From Vulcanimicrobiota bacterium (lineage in GTDB: Bacteria; Vulcanimicrobiota; Xenobia; Xenobiales; JADMJV01), in contig JBFWNU010000002.1 in assembly GCA_050250895.1 (NCBI GenBank), forward strand, positions 288,001-352,000: 64,000 nucleotides of DNA. The letters run 5' to 3'. The translations under genes were made by a program, and so were the position numbers. Positions 38,336 through 48,178 of the stretch are shown one piece after another. Each line of letters begins with the position of its first letter. Position 1 is the stretch's first letter. The notes beneath the pieces are model-generated. The model saw nothing but the letters and a program-made list of their open reading frames with translations. It made no database searches and was not told where the DNA came from.

Positions 38336-40363
38336 TTGGCGGGTTACGCCCAGGTCATACCCGATGTGAAGGCCCGGGCGTTGAGCCGGGCCTTCCTCTA
38401 TGCCGTTCCTGACGAGCTCGACCAGCAGGTTGGGCCGGGCTCGAGCGTGCAGGTGCCTTTCGGCCCGCGCACCGTGATGGGAGTGGTCATCGAGCGCACC
38501 GGCCGCCTACCCGACGGACTGACCCCCGAGCAGGTCAAGCCCATCACCAAGCTGCTCGACCCCGAGCCGATCTGGGGTCAGGCCATGCTCGAGTTGGCGG
38601 CCTGGCTGAGAGACTTCTATGTGACCACCTGGCAGCTCAGCTTGCAGGCCGTCATCCCGGCTCCGGTGATGAACCGGCTGCGGGCCGAATCGACCCGCCA
38701 GCGCAAGGGGCGAAAACTCAAACAGGCGGCCGTGGAGGGGGTCGAGCTGGGCGGCTACGCCAAGCCCGAACTGACTCCCGTGCAACACGAAGCCCTCGAG
38801 GGGATCCGCGCAGCCCGCCGCGAGCATAAGCCGGTGCTGCTCTTCGGCGTCACCGGCAGCGGCAAGACCGAGATCTATCTGCGGGCCGTGGCCGAAGTGC
38901 TCGAAGAGGGCGGGCAGGCCATGGTGCTGGTTCCCGAAGTGGCCCTCACTCCCCAGGCCATGGAACGCTATCGCGGGCGCCTGGGCGAGACGGTGGCGGT
39001 GCTGCACTCGGGCCTCTCCCCGGTGCAGCGGCGCACCGAGTGGTGGAAGTTGCGCCAGGGCGAGGCGCGGGTGGCCCTGGGCACCCGTTCGGCCGTCTTC
39101 GCCCCGCTGACCGACCTGTCGCTGGTGATTATCGATGAAGAGCATGAGCACTCTTATAAGCAGAGTGAGGAGCCCCGCTATCACGCCCGCCAGGTGGCCG
39201 CCTTCCGGGCCTCGCGGGCGGGAGCCTCGATCGTGTTGGGCAGCGCCACCCCGTCGTTGGAAAGCTTTTATCTGGCCCAGCGAGGCTATTATCGGTTGAT
39301 CGAGATGCCCGAGCGCGCCACGGGTGGCCAGTTGCCCGAGGTGGTTCGGGTGGACATGCGCCGCCACGGCCGCAACAAGCTGCTTTCGTATCCGTTGGTG
39401 AAAGCCATTTCCGAGCGGTTGGCCCTCAAGCAACAGACGGTCCTGTTGCTAAATCGGCGTGGCTTTTCTGCCTATCTCCAGTGCTATGAGTGCGGCCACG
39501 TGTGCCAGTGCCCGGATTGCAGTATCTCGCTGACCTTTCATCGGGCTCAAGGGAGACTGGTCTGCCACTACTGCGGCTACCAATGCCCCCCACCCTCCGT
39601 TTGTCCGACCTGTTCAGGCAGCAATTTCAGCTATCAAGGCGCCGGCACCGAGCGACTCGAAGAGGAGCTGGGCAAGAGTCTACCGGGCATTCGCATCGCT
39701 CGCATGGACCGCGATACGACCAGCCGGCCCGGGGCCCACGGCCAGATTCTCGAGCGCTTCGCCCAGGGCGAGGCCGATGTCTTGCTGGGCACCCAGATGG
39801 TGGCCAAGGGATTGGATTTTCCGGGAGTCACTCTGGTGGGGGTGGTCAACGCCGATGGCGGCCTCCACCTGCCTGATTTTCGGGCCAGCGAGCGCACCTT
39901 TCAGCTGATCACGCAGGTGGCCGGCCGGGCCGGCCGTGGGCAATGGAGCGGCGAGGTCTTCGTGCAAGCCATGGACCCCGATCATCCCTGTCTGGTGGCC
40001 GCCGCCAATCACGACTTTCGGGCCTTCTACGAGCATGAATTGACCGTCCGCGAGCATTCACTCTATCCGCCCTTCTGCCGGTTGGTGCGAGTGGGCGTCT
40101 CGGGGCTCGACGAAGAGGCCACCGCCCGGGCAGCCCATCGGTTGGGTCACGAGCTGGGCTCGAAAATCGAACAAGCCCAGCTGTTGGGACCTGCCCCCTG
40201 TCCCTTGCAAAGGATCCGCGGGCGCTACCGTTGGCACCTTTTGCTGAAGGGATCGAGGGTGCAGGATATGGCCAGAACAGCACGGAATACCTTGGACGCT
40301 CTGGCTCATTCGATGTCCGATTTTCGATTTCTGGTCGACCCTGATCCGCAGAGCCTGATGTAG
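38336..40363 (+). CDS. priA: Primosomal protein N'
   Basis: GVTGSGKTE, IIDEEH..SYKQ, Cys-rich zinc region, QVAGRAGR. Confidence 0.97.
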   Translation: MAGYAQVIPDVKARALSRAFLYAVPDELDQQVGPGSSVQVPFGPRTVMGVVIERTGRLPDGLTPEQVKPITKLLDPEPIWGQAMLELAAWLRDFYVTTWQLSLQAVIPAPVMNRLRAESTRQRKGRKLKQAAVEGVELGGYAKPELTPVQHEALEGIRAARREHKPVLLFGVTGSGKTEIYLRAVAEVLEEGGQAMVLVPEVALTPQAMERYRGRLGETVAVLHSGLSPVQRRTEWWKLRQGEARVALGTRSAVFAPLTDLSLVIIDEEHEHSYKQSEEPRYHARQVAAFRASRAGASIVLGSATPSLESFYLAQRGYYRLIEMPERATGGQLPEVVRVDMRRHGRNKLLSYPLVKAISERLALKQQTVLLLNRRGFSAYLQCYECGHVCQCPDCSISLTFHRAQGRLVCHYCGYQCPPPSVCPTCSGSNFSYQGAGTERLEEELGKSLPGIRIARMDRDTTSRPGAHGQILERFAQGEADVLLGTQMVAKGLDFPGVTLVGVVNADGGLHLPDFRASERTFQLITQVAGRAGRGQWSGEVFVQAMDPDHPCLVAAANHDFRAFYEHELTVREHSLYPPFCRLVRVGVSGLDEEATARAAHRLGHELGSKIEQAQLLGPAPCPLQRIRGRYRWHLLLKGSRVQDMARTARNTLDALAHSMSDFRFLVDPDPQSLM

Positions 40364-40415
40364 CGAAACTCCGGGCTTTCGTCCCGGTTCCACCTAGCAG
40401 TCCAAGGAGGAGCAA

Positions 40416-40913
40416 ATGCGAAAAGTTTTTCAGGCAGGTTTGGCTGCCTTTCTTACCCTGATCGTCGTCTCGGCCACGTGGGCCGAGACGGTCAAGACCG
40501 ACGGCAAGAACAAGGATTCCCCGATCCAGGTGACCAAGCTCGATTTCTATGACAGTGGCTATGGACAACCCGGCCCCAATGCCGAAATTCGGATCTCCAC
40601 CACCGTCAAGAACGCTTCCGCCGAGGACACCCTCAAGAACGTCGTCATCCACCTGCAGTTGAAGAACCTGGCCGGCGACGTGGTGCAGGAGTGGGTCCAC
40701 AAGGCCGGAGAGATGAAGCCCGGCGCCAGCGTCTCTTATCAGCCCGACAGCATCTACTACAACAACTCCTTCAATAACGTCCAGCCCGGTGTGTTGGTCG
40801 AGCATGACAAAGTAGAAGAGAAGAAGAAGCCGGCGCCCGAAGCCACTCCTACTCCTGATGCCGAAGAGACTCCGGCCAAGTCCTCGAAGAAGTCGAGCAA
40901 GAAGAAAAAGTAG
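40416..40913 (+). CDS. Secreted hypothetical protein (Ig-like beta domain)
   Basis: RBS AGGAGG; signal peptide ending TWA; Lys-rich tail. Confidence 0.7.
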   Translation: MRKVFQAGLAAFLTLIVVSATWAETVKTDGKNKDSPIQVTKLDFYDSGYGQPGPNAEIRISTTVKNASAEDTLKNVVIHLQLKNLAGDVVQEWVHKAGEMKPGASVSYQPDSIYYNNSFNNVQPGVLVEHDKVEEKKKPAPEATPTPDAEETPAKSSKKSSKKKK

Positions 40914-41401
40914 TGCCGGTCCTTCCCATCAAGATGGTGGGCGAGGCCGTTCTTCGCCGCAAAGCCACCAAGATCGAGCGAGTCGACGCTCCTCTGGCTC
41001 GCCTGCTCGAAGACATGGTCGAGACGATGTACGCGGCCAACGGTATTGGTTTGGCCGGTCCCCAGGTGGGCGTAGCCCAGCGTCTGCTAGTGATCGATAT
41101 CGGTGACGGCCCACTCAAAATCATCAACCCCCGCATCGTCGAGCATCACGGCCGGGCCAGCGGGCCCGAGGGGTGCCTCTCGATCCCGGGCCTGGTAGGT
41201 GAGGTCGAGCGTCACGAAAAGATCGTGGTCAAGGCCATCGACGAGTCAGGCCAGAACGTGGTCCACGAGGCCGACGGGCTGTTGGCGGTGGTGTTTCAAC
41301 ACGAGATCGATCATCTCGATGGCAAGCTCTTTATCGACACGGCCATCAATATCTACGACGCCACCCAGGTTCCTGACGAAGAGGAAGAACTCGAGGAATG
41401 A
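40913..41401 (+). CDS. def: Peptide deformylase
   Basis: GIGLAGPQVG, EGCLS, QHEIDHL. Confidence 0.97.
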   Translation: MPVLPIKMVGEAVLRRKATKIERVDAPLARLLEDMVETMYAANGIGLAGPQVGVAQRLLVIDIGDGPLKIINPRIVEHHGRASGPEGCLSIPGLVGEVERHEKIVVKAIDESGQNVVHEADGLLAVVFQHEIDHLDGKLFIDTAINIYDATQVPDEEEELEE

Positions 41402-42339
41402 GAGCCATCTACATGGGCAGCCCCGAGTTCGCGGTGCCTTCGCTCGAGGCCACGGCCGAGTGCTGTGACCTGGTGGCTGTTTACACCCAACCGGACCGTC
41501 CGCGGGGGCGGCGCGGCTCGCAACTGGTGCCGACCCCGGTCAAAGCCCGGGCCCTCGAACTGGGCGTTCCCGTGCACGAGCCGGCCCGCATCCGGGATGA
41601 AGAGGTGGTCGAGCAGTTGCGGGCCTACGCCCCCGACGTCATCCTGGTGGCTGCCTACGCCAAGCTCATTCCGCCCGTCATTCTCGAGCTTCCCCGCCAT
41701 GGCTGCATCAATGTCCACCCCTCGCTGCTGCCGCGGTATCGTGGAGCCATTCCGGTGCAGGCCGCGGTCATGAACGGCGACTCCGAGACGGGCGTGTGCA
41801 CCTTCTTCATGGATGAGGGCTACGATACCGGAGATCTCATCCTGACCATCAAGACGCCCCTGGGTCAGGACGAGACCGGCGAAGAGCTGATGGCCCGCCT
41901 GGCCGGGATGGGGGCCGACTTGCTCAAAGAAACCGTGGCTGCGCTTGCCGCCGGCACGGCCCCGCGGGTTCCTCAACCGGCCGAGGCTGAAGGTGGCTAC
42001 ACCAAGCCTTTGAAAAAGCACGACCTGATGGTGGACTGGAGCCAACCGGCCGAGCGGGTGCGCAATTTCATTCGGGCCCTGGCTCACGAACCCGGGGCGG
42101 CCGTGCGCCTGGGGGAGCAACCGATCAAAGTCGGCAAAGCCCGGGTCCATTCGGCTGAGGGAAGGCCGGGCGAAGTCATCGACGTCCTCAAGGGCGAGGG
42201 TCCGGTGGTGGCCTGCGGCCAGGGAAGCGTCGTTCTGCTCGAGGTGAAACCGCCCGGCAAGAAGTGGATGGATGCCTGGTCCTATCAGCAGGGCGCCAAG
42301 CTCGTTCCCGGCGTCAGGTTCGAATTGGCCACAGTCTAA
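41398..42339 (+). CDS. fmt: Methionyl-tRNA formyltransferase
   Basis: MGSPEFAVPSL, TQPDRPRGR, INVHPSLLPRYRGA.P. Confidence 0.97.
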   Translation: MRAIYMGSPEFAVPSLEATAECCDLVAVYTQPDRPRGRRGSQLVPTPVKARALELGVPVHEPARIRDEEVVEQLRAYAPDVILVAAYAKLIPPVILELPRHGCINVHPSLLPRYRGAIPVQAAVMNGDSETGVCTFFMDEGYDTGDLILTIKTPLGQDETGEELMARLAGMGADLLKETVAALAAGTAPRVPQPAEAEGGYTKPLKKHDLMVDWSQPAERVRNFIRALAHEPGAAVRLGEQPIKVGKARVHSAEGRPGEVIDVLKGEGPVVACGQGSVVLLEVKPPGKKWMDAWSYQQGAKLVPGVRFELATV

Positions 42340-42862
42340 GCCGGCTACCCAGGATCTCATAGTCCTTACCGGCCGGCCAGTGGCCGGTCTTACCTTCACC
42401 GGTCACGGTCAAGCCGTTTTCGGCTACAGCTAGCTCCAGATGGCGCCGTGACAACCCGGGAAAGCCCAACCGCAGCTCCGCCTCTTCGGCCCGTCCCACG
42501 ATGGTCGCCCGTGAGCGGTCGACCAGGGCGCACTTGCCCAACCCCAGCCCCCCGACGACCTCGACGAGATAGTCAGCCGCGGGTCGACCGGGATAGGCGA
42601 ACTCGAGTCCGGTCGGGCCCAGTTGCTGGTGCCAGGGGGCAGCCGTGACCCAGCCGCGTCGGCCGGCCTCGCCTTCCAACTCGCCCAGCAGGGGGACGGG
42701 AAGCATCTCGGGGACGATGATTCGGTTGGGACAGTAGCGGCGAGCCACCAGGGACCGAGGTAGCAGACGTTCGAGTTCGTAGCAGTGCTCGAGAGCGTCG
42801 CGGGCCTCGATGGCCTCGAGCCGGTCCTGAAAGAAGTGCTCGAGACGGTCGAGCCAACTCAA
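42314..42862 (-). CDS. FhaA-like protein with C-terminal FHA domain
   Basis: TTG start overlapping the rlmN stop; IVGRAEEAEL...LSRRHLEL. Confidence 0.65.
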   Translation of the reverse strand: MSWLDRLEHFFQDRLEAIEARDALEHCYELERLLPRSLVARRYCPNRIIVPEMLPVPLLGELEGEAGRRGWVTAAPWHQQLGPTGLEFAYPGRPAADYLVEVVGGLGLGKCALVDRSRATIVGRAEEAELRLGFPGLSRRHLELAVAENGLTVTGEGKTGHWPAGKDYEILGSRLRLWPIRT

Positions 42863-43986
42863 GCGGTGCGGGCCCGCCGAGGACGGGTTTCGCCCAGGTC
42901 GCGCAGGCGCAGTTGCCCACAGGCGGCGTCGATATCCGACCCCTTTTCCTGGCGGACGGTACACTTGATGCCGAACTCTTCGATCTTGTCTTGAAAGGCG
43001 CGCACGGCGGCTGGCCGGCTGCGCTGGTAGGGGATGCCCTCGACCGGATTCCAGGGGATCAGATTGACCAGGGCGTGAATGCCTTCCAGCAGTTCGCCCA
43101 GACGCTGGGCCTCGGCCACCGAGTCGTTGACCCCATCGAGCAAGATGTATTCGAAGGTGATGCGGCGCTCGGTAACGGCCTGATACTCACGGCAGGCCTG
43201 GAGCAGCTCGGCGATGGGCCAGCGCCGATTGACGGGCATCATCTTGGAGCGCAGCTCGTCATCGGTGGCGTGAAACGAGATGGCCAGGCGGATGGCCAGT
43301 TTCTCTTCGGCCAACTGCCGGATCTTGGGCACCAGTCCCGAGGTGGACACGGTGAGATGGCGCATGCCGATGCCGATACCCTCGGCCAGGTTCAGCAAGC
43401 GGATGGCCCGCAGTACGTTGTCGTAATTGTGGAGGGGCTCGCCCAGGCCCATGAAGACGACGTTCGAAACGCGCTCGTCTTGCTCGCGCACGTCGTTTTG
43501 GATCTGCAGCACCTGATCGACGATTTCCCAGGTCTTGAGGTGGCGCTTGAGACCGAGCAACCCCGAAGCACAGAAATCGCAGGCCATGGCGCAGCCCACC
43601 TGAGAGGAGATGCAGACCGCCACTCGACCCGGTCCGAGATTCTCGAGGTAGCGCATGCGAACGCTCTCGACTTCGCCTCCGGCGGGCAACTCGAAGAGAT
43701 ATTTGGTGGTGTCTTGATTCTTGGAACTCTGGAAGCGGCGGGTGTTGAGTTGGGGAATGACGGCCACATCTATCAGGCGGGCCCGCAGCTCTTTGGAGAG
43801 GTCGGTCATGTTTTCGAACTCGCTCTCGCCCCGCACATAGAGCCAGCGAATCAGCTGGCGGGCCCGATAGGCGGGCTCGCCGAGCTGGGCAAAGAACTGC
43901 TCGATCTCGTCGGGCAAGAGATCCTTGAGATTGACCTTTCCCTCGTAGAGATGGTCAGAGAAGTGTTCGGTCACCGGCGCACTCAC
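42859..43986 (-). CDS. rlmN: 23S rRNA m2A2503 / tRNA methyltransferase
   Basis: CISSQVGCAMACDFC, VFMGLGEPL, DIDAACGQL; GTG start 6 nt after TATAAT. Confidence 0.96.
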   Translation of the reverse strand: MSAPVTEHFSDHLYEGKVNLKDLLPDEIEQFFAQLGEPAYRARQLIRWLYVRGESEFENMTDLSKELRARLIDVAVIPQLNTRRFQSSKNQDTTKYLFELPAGGEVESVRMRYLENLGPGRVAVCISSQVGCAMACDFCASGLLGLKRHLKTWEIVDQVLQIQNDVREQDERVSNVVFMGLGEPLHNYDNVLRAIRLLNLAEGIGIGMRHLTVSTSGLVPKIRQLAEEKLAIRLAISFHATDDELRSKMMPVNRRWPIAELLQACREYQAVTERRITFEYILLDGVNDSVAEAQRLGELLEGIHALVNLIPWNPVEGIPYQRSRPAAVRAFQDKIEEFGIKCTVRQEKGSDIDAACGQLRLRDLGETRPRRARTA

Positions 43987-44166
43987 GGGGCGATTATAGC
44001 CGCTTTGCGAAAGCCCTGGCAAGATCAGAGCTTTATGGACAGGTCGATGCCAACATGTAAACATTTCGACGTTTCACCGGTCACTGCCACTGTCAGGCAG
44101 GCGCTAACCCCCTCGGTTATTGAAGTTGAGGACTCGAAGCCGGCCGATAGCGTCATGGGCTGCGGC

Positions 44167-44266
44167 TTGTTTCGATACCACGAACTGACTATAATGATCG
44201 GGCCCAGTTCGTTAACATTTGGCCAAGTCGAGGGTTCAGGAAGTTTTCAGGACCGAACGCTAATCT
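44167..44266 (+). promoter_or_regulatory. Tandem promoters of the 1253-aa gene
   Basis: TTGTTT-N17-TATAAT (44167-44195); then GTTAAC (44211) and TTCAGG-N5-TTCAGG-N9-TAATCT (44235-44266). Confidence 0.65.
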
Positions 44267-44302
44267 GAACCAGATAAGCCTAAGGGGAGAAGAGCGTCGA
44301 AA

Positions 44303-47300
44303 ATGGTTAATCCGACCAACAATCACATCCACAGAGCCGAAACGGGTGCCACTGGCAAGCCACCGGCCAAAGCCCGACCCGAAACCGAGACCCCGGTTGA
44401 ACCGCAAGACTCGGCTCAAGTAGGCCAACCAACCCACGGCAAAGAGCGCCTGATCGGCGCGGTGGTCCGGGTCGACCCCGACAGAATTGGTCTCAAACGC
44501 GTTGACGACGCGGGCAACGAAGAGTCTTCCAGCATGCTGGCCTTTATCCCCGAAGAGCGGCAGGCTGAATTCGAAAAGATGGGCGCCGTCGTGCCCGAGT
44601 ATGTGGCCGTTCGCTCCGACCTCAACATGCCCGAAGGCAGCAGCATCGAGCCGGTCGCTCTTGAAGCCCCGGCCAACCCTGCCAACACCACCATCGCCCG
44701 CACCATGGAAGTGCCCAAGGCGATGCTGATGCAAGACCCCGACACCGGCCGCGCTCCCATCGAGGATTTTCACGCTCGCCTGGTTCCCAATGATGGCCAG
44801 GTGATGTTCAAAGAAGATATCGAGCGTCTACGACCCAAGACCCACGACCTCAAACTGGCCGATTCGGCCGCGGGCGAAGCCATCGAGAAGCGCCGTAACA
44901 TGCTTAACGGTGTGTCGACTTTCGCCAACCTGATCACCCAGACTTCGTTGCTGGGGTTCTGGAACATCCCCGGCGCCCCCCTCATCGCGGTGGGCACCTC
45001 TGGATTTACCATCAACAAGACGATGGAGACCCTCAAAGGGCTCGAAGACCAGAAAGACTATGTCCGCCGGCAGCGCAAAGAATCCGACGGCGACATCGTT
45101 CAGTTGCGCGTCAACGACCAGTTTTCACGACCGGTGTCGGCCAAGGAAGAGACCAAGCGGCTCTCGAGCCAAATTCTCCAGACCAAAGCCCAGCTGGCTT
45201 CCAACGGGCTGCTGCTCGGGGCGGGCGCCAGCAGCATTCTGGGTCTGATGGCCAACGGCGGAGCCCTCGGTACCGGCACCATGGCCACTGTCCTGGCCGG
45301 CGCCACCGCCTGGACCCCGTGGCTGGCCGGCGCCAGTCTGGCCATGGGTTATGGCGCCAACGTCATGACCACCGTCAAAGAACTCAAAGACCTGGCTGCC
45401 GAGAAGAAAGAGCTGCAAGCGGCCCTGGCCCGGGGCGAGACCACCGTCAAGCACACGCATGAGGTGATCCATCCCCAACTCAAACAGCAGGTCGCCATCA
45501 AAGAAGTCGATATGCCCATCGACAAGCGGCTCGAAGAGATCTCCAAGGCTCAGAAGAAGAACGTTTCGATGCTGGCCCTGATCGGTGGCGGTGTCGGTTC
45601 GGCCGCGGCCACTTTCGGCTTCGCTGCCCCCATGGCCCTGGCCCTGCCGATTTCGCTCGGTCCCGCTGGCGCCATCGTTGGTTTCAACGCCATCGGCGAC
45701 ATGGTCAAGCTCAACGGCGAGAAGAAAGAGCTCAAAGCTCTGCAAGAGTCTGGCCAGACGACCGTCAAGCAGCAGATTCAGATGCCCGAGGGCGAGTGGG
45801 TCGAAAAAGAAGTTCCTATCGAGCAGCGCCTCGACCAGCTGCAGCGTCAGATCAACGGCAAGAAGATTCTGCTCAGCGCCGTGGGCTCGGGCGTGGCCTT
45901 CGCCGGCATGACCGCCGGCCTCGGCATGGGAATGCTGGCCGCCGCCCCCGTGGTTCTGGTGCCCGGCATCGTGGCCGCCGCGCTCTTCCCGAAAGAGACC
46001 AAAGCTATCGTCCAGGGAATCTGGAAATTCATCACCAACATCTTCGGCAAAGAAGCCCGCTCGCGCAAGGCCACCCTCAGCGAAGTGAAGGGACAGGCCA
46101 AGGCCTTCGTCGAGAAGATGAGCGAGCAAGAAAAAGCCCTCAAGCAGGCCAATCCCGACGCCTATGCCAAGCTTAAAGAAGCCTTTGGCAGCTACGCAAC
46201 TTCGACCGACCCGGGTGCGCGGGCTGCTCAGATCGAAGAGATTGGCAAGGCCCTCAACAGCCTCAAGACGGGCGCCCCCGACGCCACTAGGGCCTGGCTG
46301 ACCAGCTTCCGTGAACTCGACAAATCGGTCGAGGGCGAGTGGCGTAAGCACCAGGTGGTGGCCCACATGGTGAGCGATGTGGCCAAGAATGTGTTGGGCA
46401 ACGAGACTCTCAGGACCCGCCTCGACGAAGTCGGTTTTCAGGGCGACATGCGTGATCGCTACGAAGACTTCGTCACCCATCAGCTGGATCCGGGCCAGAC
46501 CCACCAACGCGAATTGCTGGGCAAGGCAGCCAAGGGCGACCAGTCGGCCGGCAAGGAACTCACCATCGACGGTCAGTTTGGTGCCGCCCAGGCGGTCGAG
46601 ACGGCCCGCGAGATGTTTGGCGCCGAGCTGCTCGATTCGATGATCGAGGCCGTGATGAAGTCCGAGAACGGCCAACTGTCGAAAGAGCAGCTCGACGGAT
46701 TCGCCAAGGTAGCCAGTGAAAAGCTCGGTCAAGAGATTCCGGGCCAGGGGCTACAGGCCCTGGCCCAGGGTATCGGTGTGCTCGAGGGCAAGATTCCGCT
46801 CGATTTCTCGGGCGTTTCGGCCCAGCCCCAGGAGCTACCCAAGCTCAACGCCCACGAGCAAGCCATGGCCGAAGCGTTCGGCAAGATGATGGAAGCCGAC
46901 CCCGAGGCCGGCGCCAAACTCAATCAGGCTCTGCTGACCCTCAGCGGCCAGTTCGAGCACGAGCCCAAGGATCAGGCCGAAGCGGCCAAGATGTTCCAGC
47001 AGGCCACCCAGAATCTGAGTGGAGCCATCGCCACCTTCGAGCAGAAGGCTCCCGAAGCGCTGGCCGCCTGGCAAGACGCTCGCAGCAAGCAGATGGAGGC
47101 TTTCCTCGACGCCAACTTCGACAAGTCTGCCTTCGAACAGCTGCTCAACTCGAGTCAGGTGCAGGCTGCTCTCAAAGACACCGGCACCTCGGCCGAAGAG
47201 GCTCAGGTGCTCTTCAAGAAGCTGGGCAAAGCTAATCTGACCCAGGATTTCAGCGAGCTGGCCCCGATTCAGCAAGCCACCGACCCCGCCAGCGCCGAGG

Positions 47301-48064
47301 GTAAAGCCAAGAAGGTTCTGGAAGCTTTCGAACGGGCCGGCCTCGAGCACGTGGCCAAAGAAGCCGGCGGCACGCCGGCCGCGGAAGGTCCCACCCAGGA
47401 ACAGGTGCAGGGTTACATCAATCAGGTCTTCTCTTCCAACCCCACCATCGCCGAGACGCTGCAGTCGCCCGAGCTCGAAGCTGTGGCCAAAGAGCACGGC
47501 GTCGAGCCCGAGTTCGCCCGCCAGTCGTTCGTGAGACTGCTGGCCAGCGATGTCGACCCCCGTCTCAGCGCCGATCTCAAAGCCCGGCTCGAGGCCAACG
47601 ACGCCGAGGCCGCCAAGGAGATGGCGGTTTCCACTGCCGTGCTCGAGCTGGTGCAGTCCAAGTCGAAAGCCGCCGATGAGGCTCGCCTGGCCTCGATCGA
47701 CCCCGGACAACTCAAAGCGGCTGAAAACGAAATCTTCGCCAGCGACATGATGAAGACGGCCCTGGAACTGCCCGAGTTCGGCCAGCTTCAACAGCATCTG
47801 CAGGCCGACAGCAACACCGTCGAAGAGGCTGCCCGTATCTTGATTCGCGCCCAGCTCACGCAAAGTGGTAGCGAGATTCAGGCGCTCAACGAGGCAGCCA
47901 ACAAAGGCGACACCGAGGCTTTGAAGAAGCTGCAGTTGCTGCAGGGTGTGCAGCAAGCCACCGCCGCCGTTCAACAGGCGGCAGCTCAGCAGCAGCAACC
48001 ACCCGCCGCCCCGCCCGCTCCTGCGGCCGAAGCGCCCGCCGAAACGGTCGAAGCCAAACAGTAG
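44303..48064 (+). CDS. Large protein with repeated hydrophobic-hairpin/coiled-coil units (translocon/pore-like)
   Basis: PQDSAQVG N-terminal motif; repeats EKKEL....G.TTVK...P I..RL; helical C-terminal half. Confidence 0.75.
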   Translation: MVNPTNNHIHRAETGATGKPPAKARPETETPVEPQDSAQVGQPTHGKERLIGAVVRVDPDRIGLKRVDDAGNEESSSMLAFIPEERQAEFEKMGAVVPEYVAVRSDLNMPEGSSIEPVALEAPANPANTTIARTMEVPKAMLMQDPDTGRAPIEDFHARLVPNDGQVMFKEDIERLRPKTHDLKLADSAAGEAIEKRRNMLNGVSTFANLITQTSLLGFWNIPGAPLIAVGTSGFTINKTMETLKGLEDQKDYVRRQRKESDGDIVQLRVNDQFSRPVSAKEETKRLSSQILQTKAQLASNGLLLGAGASSILGLMANGGALGTGTMATVLAGATAWTPWLAGASLAMGYGANVMTTVKELKDLAAEKKELQAALARGETTVKHTHEVIHPQLKQQVAIKEVDMPIDKRLEEISKAQKKNVSMLALIGGGVGSAAATFGFAAPMALALPISLGPAGAIVGFNAIGDMVKLNGEKKELKALQESGQTTVKQQIQMPEGEWVEKEVPIEQRLDQLQRQINGKKILLSAVGSGVAFAGMTAGLGMGMLAAAPVVLVPGIVAAALFPKETKAIVQGIWKFITNIFGKEARSRKATLSEVKGQAKAFVEKMSEQEKALKQANPDAYAKLKEAFGSYATSTDPGARAAQIEEIGKALNSLKTGAPDATRAWLTSFRELDKSVEGEWRKHQVVAHMVSDVAKNVLGNETLRTRLDEVGFQGDMRDRYEDFVTHQLDPGQTHQRELLGKAAKGDQSAGKELTIDGQFGAAQAVETAREMFGAELLDSMIEAVMKSENGQLSKEQLDGFAKVASEKLGQEIPGQGLQALAQGIGVLEGKIPLDFSGVSAQPQELPKLNAHEQAMAEAFGKMMEADPEAGAKLNQALLTLSGQFEHEPKDQAEAAKMFQQATQNLSGAIATFEQKAPEALAAWQDARSKQMEAFLDANFDKSAFEQLLNSSQVQAALKDTGTSAEEAQVLFKKLGKANLTQDFSELAPIQQATDPASAEGKAKKVLEAFERAGLEHVAKEAGGTPAAEGPTQEQVQGYINQVFSSNPTIAETLQSPELEAVAKEHGVEPEFARQSFVRLLASDVDPRLSADLKARLEANDAEAAKEMAVSTAVLELVQSKSKAADEARLASIDPGQLKAAENEIFASDMMKTALELPEFGQLQQHLQADSNTVEEAARILIRAQLTQSGSEIQALNEAANKGDTEALKKLQLLQGVQQATAAVQQAAAQQQQPPAAPPAPAAEAPAETVEAKQ

Positions 48065-48082
48065 CACCCGTTTTCAAAAGCA

Positions 48083-48115
48083 AACAGAGGGTCGACAATT
48101 TGTCGGCCCTTTGTT
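48083..48115. terminator. Terminator hairpin
   Basis: AACAGAGGGTCGACA-ATT-TGTCGGCCCTTTGTT. Confidence 0.7.
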
Positions 48116-48118
48116 CAT

Positions 48119-48162
48119 GTTCACAGAAAGTTTACCCTTGGCGAGAGTTCCTCCGTTATGGT
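48119..48162 (+). promoter_or_regulatory. Phased-repeat promoter
   Basis: GTTCAC-N5-GTTTAC-N21-TATGGT. Confidence 0.65.
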
Positions 48163-48178
48163 CCCTCCAGGAGGAAGA

